A stretch of 52,453 bases of DNA from Girardia tigrina (taxonomy: Eukaryota). The translations under genes and the position numbers were made by a program. Positions 34,871 through 46,746 of the stretch are shown one piece after another. The DNA lies in NCBI GenBank assembly GCA_001938485.1, contig MQRK01218680.1:9540-61992 (forward strand). Reading direction: 5' to 3'. The stretch's first letter is position 1, and every line of letters begins with the position of its first letter. The notes beneath the pieces are model-generated. The model had not been told where the DNA came from. It searched no databases and was given only the letters and a program-made list of their open reading frames with translations.

Positions 34871-37800
34871 ATGAGACTCAGACTGTAGCAGCTGCCGTTA
34901 CACGAGAAGCGCCTGAAAGTGAGTGTCTTATCCCAATTTAGATGTGTGAATGATAGCAATAGAGACAATATTATTAGTTTAGTGAAAGAATTCAGAGACG
35001 TATTTAGTTGGTCTAAATATGATATAGGCTTAGCGCGGAACGCTGAGCATAAAATAGAGCTTAAAGATAATGGCCCGATACAGGAGCAAACAAGGAGAAT
35101 TCCGNNNNNNNNNNNNNNNNNNNNNNNNNNNNNNNNNNNNNNNNNNNNNNNNNAAAATATTATTCAACCAAGTCTATCAGAGTGGAACGCTCCTATAGTG
35201 ATTGTGCCAAAAAAGGACGGAGATATTCGACTTACAGTAGATTACCGGAGACTAAATCAAAAGATTAAAGTTCCATCATTTCCAATTCCTGACGCACAAC
35301 AACTTTTTGATACCTTGGGAGGAGCGAAACACTTTAGTACAATTGATTTGGCTGCAGGATATTATAACATAAGTCTTGCAGAGTNNNNNNNNNNNNNNNN
35401 NNNNNNNNNNNNNNNNNNNNNNNNNNNNNNNNNNAAGAATTCAGAGACGTATTTAGTTGGTCTAAATATGATATAGGCTTAGCGCGGAACGCTGAGCATA
35501 AAATAGAGCTTAAAGATAATGGCCCGATACAGGAGCAAACAAGGAGAATTCCGATGGCTCTCCAAGAAAAAGTGGATGAGTTTGTTGAACAGTTGCTACA
35601 GAAAATATTATTCAACCAAGTCTATCAGAGTGGAACGCTCCTATAGTGATTGTGCCAAAAAAGGACGGAGATATTCGACTTACAGTAGATTACCGGAGAC
35701 TAAATCAAAAGATTAAAGTTCCATCATTTCCAATTCCTGACGCACAACAACTTTTTGATACCTTGGGAGGAGCGAAACACTTTAGTACAATTGATTTGGC
35801 TGCAGGATATTATAACATAAGTCTTGCAGAGTGTGATAGAGAGAAAACAGCGTTTAGTACTAGAAAATGACACTGGGAGTTTTTGAGGTTGCCAATGGGC
35901 TTAGCGGCAGCGCCGGCAACGTTCCAAAGAGTTATGAAAGCGATATTAAAGGAAGAAGACTGGAGGGAATGCTTGATATATTTGGATGATATTTTAGTTT
36001 TTGGGAAGACCCAAGATGAGCATTTAGTCAGACTGCGAAAAGTATTATCCAAAATCAAAGAAGCCGGTCTAAAGATTGCACCAGCAAAGTGCCAATTTTT
36101 GCAAGGGATGTAAAGTATCTGGGCCATAGAGTATCAGTCAATGGAATTTCAATGGACGAGGATAAAATCAAGTGCATTCAGGAGTGGCCACAGCAAGAGT
36201 CTCAAGAGGAAATGAGAAAATTTCTTGGACTTTGCGGATACTATCGCAATTATATTAAAGAGTACGTCAAAATTGTTGCACCATTAGAAGACGCATGTAA
36301 AGACTGTTGGAACAAAGCTAGGACTAGAAAATAACACCCGTTGCAATGGTCAGCTTGTTTGGGTGACGCATTTCTTCATTTGAAACAATGTTTAATGACC
36401 GCGCCAATTTTAGCAGTTCCGAATAGCTACGACAAATTCATATTGGATACGGATGCATGTGATATCACGATTGGATGCGTCCTTTCTCAAGTGCAAAGTG
36501 GTGATGAAAAAGTAATAGCCTACGCTTCGCATAAGTTGTCTACAGCAGAACAACATTATTGTGTGACACGAAAAGAGTTACTGTCTATAAATACACAAAA
36601 ATGTTTAGACACTATTTATTTGGAAGAAGATTTAGTATAAGAACTGACCACAAAGCTCTATGCTGGATGATGAATAGAAAAACACCGAGTACAAGTCAAT
36701 TTAGTTCATGGCTCAATGAATTGAGTGTCTTTGATATGGATATCCAATACCGGAAAGGAGAAGAACATAAGAATGCGGACGCTCAATCCCGAGCGCCAGA
36801 ACAATGCCAGCAATGTGCAATGAGCCACGAAAATCCGAAGGCAAAACGAAATGTTAAATATTACAATGAAAATCAAAATGATAAAAATGCTGTTGTCTAC
36901 TGCCGGCGGATAGCAATGGAAGAAGAAGAGGTCTGTCAGACGGATGATAATAATCTGGCTTTGATAATTAAACTTATGAAAAACAAAAACGTTGAAGATC
37001 AATATCCTNNNNNNNNNNNNNNNNNNNNNNNNNNNNNNNNNNNNNNNNNNNNNNNNNNNNNNNNNNNNNNNNNNNNNNNNNNNNNNNNNNNNNNNNNNNN
37101 NNNNNNNNNNNNNNNNNNNNNNNNNNNNNNNNNNNNNNNNNNNNNNNNNNNNNNNNNATGCCCATATGTTGCATGGACACATCGGAGTCAGCAAAACAAC
37201 AGCTCTTTTAAAGGATAAATTCTACTGGCCAGGTATGTCTTTTGATGTTAGAATAAGAATAGGAAAATGTAAAGAATATCAGAGCCAAAAAAATCAACGA
37301 CCAGACAGAAATAAGGCTCATGGGTCCTTAAATGCAGGGTACCCCTTTGGAACAATATCTATTGATGTAACAGGACCACTTCCAGAAAGTAAAAATGGAT
37401 GTAAATACATCTTGGGAATTATTGATAACTTTTCAAAATACCCNNNNNNNNNNNNNNNNNNNNNNNNNNNNNNNNNNNNNNNNNNNNNNNNNNAAAAATG
37501 GATGTAAATACATCTTGGGAATTATTGATAACTTTTCAAAATACCCCATGCTGATACCGCTGAGAAATATGACTGCGAAAACGATATGCAAATCCATATT
37601 TGACAAGTGGATTGTGCAATTTGGAATACCGGACAGGATACACTCAGATAGAGGTACTGCTTTTGAGAGAGAGATCATACAGGAACTTTGTGCTATTCTC
37701 GGAATTAGAAAATCTCGGAGCTCACCATATTATCCTCAAGGTGACGGGGTAATTGAGAGACTATTTGGTATGGCAAAAGACATGCTTTACGCAACAGCGA

Positions 37801-38441
37801 AGTCATCTGGATGTGAATGGGAAGAGGCGATCCCATTTGTTGAATTTGGATTAAGAAATACAATTTGTAGAAGCACTGGATTTTCTCCCTTCGAGGTGAT
37901 TTTTGGTCGGAAAATGAGGTCTTTCTACTCGGAAAAGAAAGAGAGTCCAGCAAATGATGAAAACTATTGCAAATATATCACAGAGCTTCAACAAGTGTTA
38001 CAAGTGGTGAGCCAACATATCAAGACCAAACAAGAAAGTAAAAAGTCAGCTACATCAGTTTCAAGGGGTTGTCTGGCAATTGGTGATCTAGTGCTGGCTA
38101 GAATACTACCGCGAATCAAAGGAATCGATATGCCGAGATACGAAGGGCCATATGCAGTGATCGGTAACATGGGGAAACATGCGTACAGATTAAAAAGGAT
38201 CAGTGATGGAAGAATAATTGAGAGAAATGTGGTGGATATCAAAAGATTGAGAACACCACAAAATGACACAAGAAAATCAGAAAAGGCTACAACAATTATG
38301 TCAAAAAGTATCAAATATGATCATCATGATGTATATGAAGAAGACCAGATGCCAGAGGAAGATCGACGGAATATTAGTGAAACAAGAGTGAGACACAATC
38401 CAGTTCGAGACCGACAGAAGCCTAAAAGATACAGAAATTAA
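34822..38441 (+). pseudogene. pol: pol (RT, RNase H, integrase) of element D, fragmented
   Basis: VPKKDG.IRLTVDYR.LN, LPMGL..APATFQ, YLDD, FLGLCGYYR, LDTDAC, RTDHKAL, IHSDRG, SSPYYPQGDG.IER, RYEGPY. Confidence 0.95.
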
Positions 38442-38459
38442 GTTGTCGAACAGGGCGAG

Positions 38460-38577
38460 TGTGGAATATTTATGTAAATATTAATGTATTTTAATGTGTG
38501 TGTTGTTTTAATAATCATTATTGTAAACTGTTAATTCAAATATATTTTTACTTAGTTTGATATTATCTTTCACAACA
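38460..38577 (+). repeat. 3' LTR of element D
   Basis: Matches 33219-33336 and is followed by TSD AATAT. Confidence 0.95.
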
Positions 38578-40708
38578 AATATTTTCCAAATTTTTATTAA
38601 ACACTATTCAGAATTTCTCTTACCGGCCTACTTCCCGGCTAAACATGTTTAAACGCAAATTGATGTTAAATGTTTTTATGATACTCATGGAATCCACAAA
38701 AACGCGGAACGTAAAAATATAAGTACTTTTAGAAAACAAATCGATGATTATTGGCGCAACCCTGAGTAGAAACATAGATTACTTTTAGAGGTTTGGATGC
38801 CAAAGTATGAGAATCTTTATTTGCATAAAAGAAATATGCCATTGTTTCAGCATTATCTCCAACGTTATATGGTCTGCACTTCAGTAGCAATCATTTGAGG
38901 GTCCGAATGTTTCTCTGCCAATTAAAAAGTATCCGATGATAAATATATACGTTTGTGATGAGACTTAAATAAACCAAAGGGAAAATAATAATTTAATGCA
39001 TGGTGTTGATGAAGAGTTTATGTTTTTTGATTATATTTAATTAGTAAAAATGATATCAAGGAAGATAAAATTAATAATGTATTAGAAAAGATTAAATTCC
39101 TTTATGAACTGAAATTTGATAAAAAGATTGAAAAATAAAAAAAAACATTTTTTTATAAAGTGCAGCGTTGAAAACGAAGGATATTTTAGCATATAGTTCT
39201 GCAGATGTATTTAACTCTTTTCTGAATTTTGAATCCAAACTTGAACACATCAGAATCTAGGAGTGATAATTTATACTAAAAACAAAAGGGTTTCGGATAA
39301 ATGATTTTCATTGATTTTTTAAAACTTGCTTAATATATTTTTTTTATAAAATATAATTTTTAAAAATTTTGTAGTAAATTAAGTGTTATTAATATTTTTA
39401 TTTAATTATAAATCAAAACATGTAAAACACCAATCAGTTTTATTATAAAATAGATTCTATATTATAAAAATTCGGAAATGAAACTGGAGTGTGAATTGAA
39501 CTAATACAGAAATGATAATTTATATAAATTTATTACATTATTTTTTATTTTTTTTTAAAATATAGAATAATATGTGAAATATAAGGATGATGCGAAAGTA
39601 TCAAAACGAAGATTCAATTAGTTTTACTTTGTTAAAATCAGATAAATTTGGTGTTTACCATGTATACAAATGTTTTTTATAAAAACGAGTATTTAAAATA
39701 TTTGATAAATAAAATATTTTGCCAATTAAAATAATTTATTATTGTAATATTTAATTTATTCCTTTGGTTTAGACCGTTATACAACTATACCACCCAAAGT
39801 GCTTTTTCAATTTGAAAATTTTGATTTAATTTTAAATATTTAACATTGATAATAAACCTATAATTAACATTTAAAAATAATCCTTTCTGATTTTTAAAAA
39901 TCTTTTTATAAGTTTTATACTTATTAAGGACGTTTAAAAAACAATATGTTAAATAATAAAAGAAAATGGTCATTGTAAAGTGATAAATTGAAAAAAAGTT
40001 TATACTTTTATGCACACTATATTATTTTTGTCTAAAAAGGTAGAAGATAAAATAGCGAATATATTTGTAAAATATTTTAAAACAAAAGAAATTTTTTATT
40101 ATCCCGAGACAAGTCTTTTTTATTTGAGTGTTTTTTTAAATATATGTTTTAAATATATGTATTTTTAAATAAATGTAAATCAAAACGACTCTGTATGCTA
40201 GAAAGCATATAATTTTGCATGTTTCAACAAATTATATATTTTTTATGAATTTAATTGGTATTTAACTATTAATTAATTATAAAAATATTAATGACATGTC
40301 TTTTTAACATATAAGATTTTCTAAACAGTGTCCCTAAATAGGCTGACTACTGTAACAAAAAATAAAAAAGTAATTATGCTTAAAAATAAAATTTTAATAT
40401 TAAAATTGTTATTTCTTTCATAATCTCCCAGATATACTTTTAATAAAATTGATAATTTAACCTTTTTCTAAAAACATTGGCTTTAATTTTCCTTTACCTC
40501 TCTTGTGTTGCTTTGGAAATAATAAAAAAAATGTAATTTTTATATATTTATATGATTTTATAATTATAATAATTTATAACAAACAGATTTTTATTGAAAT
40601 GGTATTAAAAATTTTATGGTTCTGAAATATCAATCAAGAAGAATGGAAAGAGTTTAGATTAAAGAATAAAAAAAATGTAAAGACATTTAAAAATTAAATT
40701 ATTTATTT

Positions 40709-40712
<4 letters not shown>

Positions 40713-40743
<31 letters not shown>
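40713..40743. repeat. (AT)n microsatellite
   Basis: Perfect run. Confidence 0.95.
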
Positions 40744-40745
<2 letters not shown>

Positions 40746-41650
40746 TTTAAGGTGAATGTCTTATCAAGAAAATCAATATATAAATAAAAATTTTATATTT
40801 TTTATAAAACTTAAAAAATTGTTCAATTTACGTAAAGGAAAAATTATTCTTTTACATAAATAAAGGAATTTCAACTAAACAAAATATTTTTTATAATTTA
40901 TAATTTTTAAAAATTCAATAATTTCAAAGACATAAATCTGCTTTAAGAACAATCTTTTATTACTTTTTTGGAAACGTACACAACAGAAAGATCTTTATTT
41001 ACTAACTTTTTTGAGTTAATTTAAAAATACAAAAAAAACTTAAATGATAAAAAATAAAGAGGAATTTTCAGGAATTTATTATTAAATTTCATGTAATTTT
41101 TTATGAAATTTAAATATTTCTAACACAAATATTTTCACAAAATTGTAAAAGATTTTTGAAATGCTGATAAGTTTTTTTATGAAATTATTTAATTATTTTT
41201 ATGATTTATAAAATTTTTTAAAGATGATTATTTAAAAGTAAATTTGAAAGGAAAATTAAAATTTAAAAATCTTTTTCCTAGAACTTACATGCAATGTTTT
41301 TTAATTTCATATTAATTTTTTTTATAAATTACAGGAAAATTGGTACAACAGTATTAGTTAATATTATCACATAATATTAATAATAATTGAAAATTAACCA
41401 AGATAATTATGTTCATTATGATAATGGTTTAACACAAAATCAACCATAAATCTTATAAGTACTATTATTATTTTAATTACTAAATATATGTGCTATTATA
41501 CGTATTACTATTTTAATAATATACTGCAATTTAAAATTCAAATTAATAATTAACAAATGTTGATAGAAAAAAATATAAATTTTAAAATATTAATTGTGAA
41601 TAAATTGAAATAAAATTGGCAAATGATTAAAATCAAAATTCGAAAGCCAA

Positions 41651-41712
41651 TTGAAAATATTTATTAATTTCGACGGTTTAACCGTCATCGTCAGAACAAA
41701 TGATTTTTCAAA
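41651..41712 (-). ncRNA. Minimal type I hammerhead ribozyme motif in the 3' pLTR
   Basis: CUGACGA-U-GACGGU UAA ACCGUC-GAAAUUAAUA, with flanking helix I potential. Confidence 0.75.
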
Positions 41713-43167
41713 CGAAATTTACTTATATAGTGCAGTTAATGTTTATGCAATCAATACATAATCAGTACATCATTTAAAAACTCTCAACAAAGTTGTAGAG
41801 AGTGCAGTTTGAACGTTAATTTTAGGATCCAAAGATCTTATATATAACGCTTCACATGTCACTCTCTCCCAATAATTTTTTAAATTGAGTACACAGAATT
41901 TTAAAGTGTTGTGAATTTATATCTCCTTTACAATGTCTTCCATGTCCTGCAATGTTACTTCCACCTTCATTGCGACTGTGTTCCTGGATTCTCTTACAGA
42001 GATGACGTGAAGTCTCTCCAATGTATGTGGCATTACACCAATTACATGTATATTGGTAAATGAGATCCGAACACAATCCCAATGGCGTTGGAGATTTATT
42101 GCCGAACATGCTTTCAATTTTCTGGGTACGGGATATTACTTTTAAATTTATTGCATTATCTAACGCTTTCAAAATAGAATTTTTAAATATTTTAAACCCC
42201 TGTGAATATGGCACAGTTAACACATAACCAATTCCCAAACCTTTATCATTAGTGTTGCAAGATTGCTCTTGATCTTGAACATCTAAAATTTTAGTATTAC
42301 TTTTTTTGTCAATTAATTTATCAATAGTTTCCTTTGTTAATTTCTCCACTATTGATTTTGAATATCCTTTATCATATAATAATTTGTTTAATTTATTAAT
42401 GCTTTCATTACATCATTTATATGTAGATGAAAGAGCGCATGATCGAAAAATAAGACCTTTACTCATATTTCGACGATATTTGGATTCACAGAAACTGATT
42501 GGTGTTGTATACAACCCCGTGTCAGTTTTCTTTCTGTAAATCTCCGTCTCATAACGTCCGTTTTTTCTCTCAATTAATAAATCAAGGAAGGACAATTTCT
42601 TATCTTGTTCTTTCTCCATANTAAACTTTACATTTGAATGCNAAGAATNCAAATAATTTAAAAATGGAGAAATANCTGTTTCATTTTGAAAAATCAAAAA
42701 AATATCATCAACATAGCGTTTATACGCTAGAGGTTTCCGACCGACAAAAGAATCGATTTTATCTTCAATACTCGAAAGAAATATTGAAGCCAAAGTGGGG
42801 GCTAATAGTGAACCCATAGCTACTCCATCAACTTGTTTGTTTCAGTCATTATTGAACAAAAAATGCACATCTGACGTGGCAAAACTTAACAATTCACGAA
42901 ATGCAACTTCATCAAGTATACTATGATTAGTAGTATTACTTCTCCAAAGATTGCAGCACAAATCAATAGTCTCTTTCAATGGAACGTTTGTAAATAAACT
43001 GACAACATCAAAAGATGCCATAATTTCATCAGTATTTTTAATATTAAATTTTGAAATAAAATCAACAAATTCAAAACTGTCAAGATACCCAAGACCTTTT
43101 GGAATTAAAGGTTTCAACATAATGTCGAGAAATTTTGCAATTTCTGCACTATATAAATAAATTTCGT

Positions 43168-43229
43168 TTGAAAAATCATTTGTTCTGACGATGACGGTTA
43201 AACCGTCGAAATTAATAAATATTTTCAAT
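43168..43229 (+). ncRNA. Minimal hammerhead ribozyme motif in the inverted 5' pLTR
   Basis: Identical core CTGACGATGACGGTTAAACCGTCGAAATTAATA at 43185-43217. Confidence 0.75.
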
Positions 43230-44048
43230 TGGCTTTCGAATTGTGATTTTAAAATATTAATATTAATTTTTGTTATTAATATAATATTAATATAATATTT
43301 TTTTATTAATATTAATTTTTAAAATTACTCATATAAATTTTTTATATAAATAAAAAGAAACAATTTATAATTAAAAAATTCCCGTTAATAAATATTTTAA
43401 ATAATAAAATTTTGTAAATATATAAGAAATATATATATATATATAAATATAAATTTTTTAAAATTGTTAAATGTTCGAATAAAATTATAAAAATAAGATT
43501 ATTTTTGAATTTTAAAATTTATTTATGGATTCATTTTTATTAGCGTAAATTAAATATTAAAAAATATTTAAATGAAAAATCGTAACAAAAAACTACAAGA
43601 ATAAATTGTTTCATTTCATTCAATTTTTTAACGTTTTAAGAAGATTTAAATACTTTTATTTAATAAAAATAATTTATTAATTATACAAATAAAATATTTT
43701 GTAATTGTTTTTTTAAAAAATTAAAGTAACTTAAAATTTTTAAAAAATGATATTTAAAAATAAAAAAGTTTAAAAATGTATTCATTTAAAATTAAAATCA
43801 TAGTCAATATTTACATTTTTAAGTTACCATATTATAAGTTATCACAAGGTCGATGAAACGGTCTTCGTTAAAATTATCCCACAATAAATAATTTTAAAAT
43901 AAATCTCTTATAAATAATAACGTTTATAAAATTAAGATATTAATTATTTTAAATTTAAACATTAATCACACAATTATTAAAATCACTTGTACTACTATTT
44001 TTTATATATTTTAAACCAACGATAGATTTAATCACTCTTAATAAATAT

Positions 44049-44237
44049 TTAACCCTTTCAATATCAAGGGTGGACAAAATTGTCAACAAATATTTTCAAT
44101 TTTAAATAAAAAACATATTGAACATTAGTTATGAAACGTTCTTATAATTTTTAAAATTGTATAAGATAATTATAAAATGACAACAAAACGTGTACCTGTG
44201 GACAAATGAGTCCATACATGGTAATAATAGGAGTATA
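44049..44237. mobile_element. Degenerate piggyBac-like MITE upstream of the USP gene
   Basis: TTAA-CCCTTT start; imperfect 35-bp TIRs (23/35 matches by eye) sharing TGGAC...TTGTC.AC. Confidence 0.45.
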
Positions 44238-44367
44238 TAAAATTTGGAAATAAAGTTTTTTTTGTGACAAATAATTTCAAATACCAAAAATTTATTAAAT
44301 ACATATTTTTACATGCAAAAATTAGTTTGAAAAATCTTATTTTATACATACATAAATTTTATCTTAA

Positions 44368-46344
44368 ATGGAGAATCAAAATGCAAATATGACCTATTGT
44401 AATGAAAACGTTATGGTTAATGTAAATGAAGGACAAGAGGAAGAGGAAACCCTTCAAATTAATGATGTTCAGAGCTTTGAATCCGATGATATTAAAGTTA
44501 TATATATTCAAAATGAAGAATGTCTAAATGTAAATTCGACTGAGAATGTTGAATCTTTTGACGTGAATGCAGAAAAGATGAAAGGTAATGAGATTCCTTT
44601 GGATGTCGAAAGTTCTAAATCTGAAAATGCAGATAATTTCAGTGAAATGAAAGATGAATTCAATAATTTGAATACGAGTAATATTGAGACAGATGAGGAA
44701 GGAGAAGCTTCTTTTATAACATTGCGTGATTCCCATTCAGAAAGTTCATCACTTGAGGATGCAAATATTGAAATTAAAGATGCGACTACTAAAGAAAATA
44801 TTGAATGTATGAATATTAAGGAGGAGGAAAAAAATGAAATTCATTTATTTGATGATAAGGAAAAATGTTGTAATGAGAATGAATTAATAAATAAAATACA
44901 ATCTGATGATGTTTTTCCAGTCAAATGTGAAGAGGAAATTGAGAGCAACAAACATGAGGAAGAAAACGAAATTCAAATAAATGAAGAATTCCAAGAACAT
45001 GAAATTGATGGTGAAATTATGTTGGAAAAAGACTTGAACAGAATTGAGAGCAAAGACAAAGAAGAAAATATTGAAAACCCCCTTTCTCATAGCGTCTACT
45101 TAGACCGTGGAGTTCAAGACGAAGAAGAGGAAAATTGGGAAATTCGAAAGGAAGAATTGAAAAATGAAGAACAAAATCAAACAGAATTCACTTACAATAG
45201 CTTTGTAAAAGCAACAGAGGAAATTGAAGGTAATAAACTAGAAGAAAATATTTTAAATAATAGTGAAGAAGAAAAAGAGGAAAGCATTCACAGTCATTCT
45301 GAAGATGAATATATGAAAGCCAATTCTGATGATCAAAGTTCAGATGAATATAATACCACATTTAATAATGGAATGAGATCTGTAAAACACCATCTCAAAC
45401 CTCTTAATTTGAATATACCCAAAACGTCTTATGCGCAATATGTAGAAAGCTGTAAGAAAAAGCCAGTCAGTTTGATAAACTATAAAGTAAACTGCTACAT
45501 GAACTCAGCCATGCAATCTATTTTTCCTGCTCTTTTGTATTTGAACTCAATCTCGAAAGATCTAGAAATAGAAGATTTAGACAAATGTGGAGCGATACCC
45601 GTAATGCGACAATTCATCGAAGCATTCGAAACGAAAGCACAATTCTCTTTACCTAGGTCAATTGAAGAAAATTTAGGACTACAATATTACAGTTCTGAAT
45701 TATCGTTGGATGAACAGGAGGATGCTCACGAGTTTTTGAATCATTACCTCGATAAATTATTTGAAGAATTTAAAAAAACGAATAAAGAATACAAATCTCC
45801 ATTTCAAATCGAACATGATTCGAGATTCTTTTGTGATGATTGCGGTAACTCAAATAACAGCGATCCGATCATCGCTTCTGATCAGGTTTTGTTTGTCAAT
45901 TTTGCCAGTAACATGAAGGAAATGATCGAAAAATCGATGTACAATAAAGTAGAAGGGTTTAATTGTGAAAATTGTCAAGCTAAAAATGGTACAGCGAGTT
46001 CATCCACAACTTTTTCGCGTATTCCAGAATTTTTAGTAGTTTGTATTAAAAGATTCAGTTTTGATATGTACTATCGTTTAGTGAAAATAAACGATGATAT
46101 TGAAATAGAAGAGTCCATAGAAATTCCGCATTACAAAGATGGGGAAATATGTCAACAAAAGTACAATCTTATCTCCATAGTGAATCATTTGGGAAGTTTA
46201 AGAGGGGGACATTACTATTCTTTTGTTAAATTGGAAGATACCTGGTATGCTGCCGATGACGAGTCAATAAATGTATCCACGGACGAAAGGGTTAAAAGGC
46301 GCTCCGTTTCGTCTTGCTATATTCAAGTGTTTCAAAAGGCCTAA
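44368..46344 (+). CDS. Ubiquitin-specific protease (peptidase C19) with long acidic N-terminal extension
   Basis: Cys box LINYKVNCYMNSAMQ, QEDAHEFL, CDDC/CENC zinc ribbon, IKRF, His box VNHLGSLRGGHYYSFV, WY..DDESI. Confidence 0.95.
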   Translation: MENQNANMTYCNENVMVNVNEGQEEEETLQINDVQSFESDDIKVIYIQNEECLNVNSTENVESFDVNAEKMKGNEIPLDVESSKSENADNFSEMKDEFNNLNTSNIETDEEGEASFITLRDSHSESSSLEDANIEIKDATTKENIECMNIKEEEKNEIHLFDDKEKCCNENELINKIQSDDVFPVKCEEEIESNKHEEENEIQINEEFQEHEIDGEIMLEKDLNRIESKDKEENIENPLSHSVYLDRGVQDEEEENWEIRKEELKNEEQNQTEFTYNSFVKATEEIEGNKLEENILNNSEEEKEESIHSHSEDEYMKANSDDQSSDEYNTTFNNGMRSVKHHLKPLNLNIPKTSYAQYVESCKKKPVSLINYKVNCYMNSAMQSIFPALLYLNSISKDLEIEDLDKCGAIPVMRQFIEAFETKAQFSLPRSIEENLGLQYYSSELSLDEQEDAHEFLNHYLDKLFEEFKKTNKEYKSPFQIEHDSRFFCDDCGNSNNSDPIIASDQVLFVNFASNMKEMIEKSMYNKVEGFNCENCQAKNGTASSSTTFSRIPEFLVVCIKRFSFDMYYRLVKINDDIEIEESIEIPHYKDGEICQQKYNLISIVNHLGSLRGGHYYSFVKLEDTWYAADDESINVSTDERVKRRSVSSCYIQVFQKA

Positions 46345-46746
46345 TAGTTTTTGTAAAATATATGTTGTTTTTAGAAATGTTTTATTAATATTATTGTTCA
46401 GATAATTATTAAAATTATTAAAACATCATCATCATCAATATTTGAAAATTTGAATATCGCAATTTTTGTTTTCATTATATAATATGACGTTATTAATTTT
46501 AAATAATAAAAATTATTATGAATATTATAATTTATTAAAATATTATTTTTGCTATTTTATAATATCCATAAATTATAATATTCATAATAATGTTTACCAT
46601 TTAAAATTATTAAATTTTTAAAATCATATTATTTAATTAAAACAAAAATTTAAATATTCAAATATTCATTTTTTTGATGATGATGAATGAAACATTGAAA
46701 CATTTTTAAAATATAATAATTAAATATAATTACATTTCCCGATATA

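Larger units (their letters stand above)
33219..38577 (+). mobile_element. Ty3/Gypsy LTR retrotransposon D with both LTRs (defective ORFs)
   Basis: Paired 118-bp TG...CA LTRs, 5-bp TSD AATAT on both sides, PBS, gag-PR-RT-RH-INT order, purine-rich tract GAACAGGGCGAG before the 3' LTR. Confidence 0.97.
41627..43252 (-). mobile_element. 5'-truncated Penelope-like element (RT plus GIY-YIG) bounded by inverted pseudo-LTRs
   Basis: SFDVVSLFTNVP, GVAMGSLLAP, RYVDDIF, LSFLDL, IYQYTCNWCNATYIGETSRHL; ~108-bp inverted repeat at 41627-41735 and 43144-43252; stop at 41770-41772. Confidence 0.95.

Noticed and set aside
34985-35832. Tandem duplication of the RT N-terminal region
   Set aside because: The copies look identical and are bounded by N gaps, so this is most likely a scaffolding overlap; the same applies to 37392-37545.
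38578-39350. Coding-like sequence flanking element D
   Set aside because: The frames I translated are broken and I could not recognise any motif.
43144-43228. N-terminus of ORF 42842-43228 as a real Penelope start
   Set aside because: It is the antisense reading of the inverted pLTR; RT similarity starts only below ~43143.
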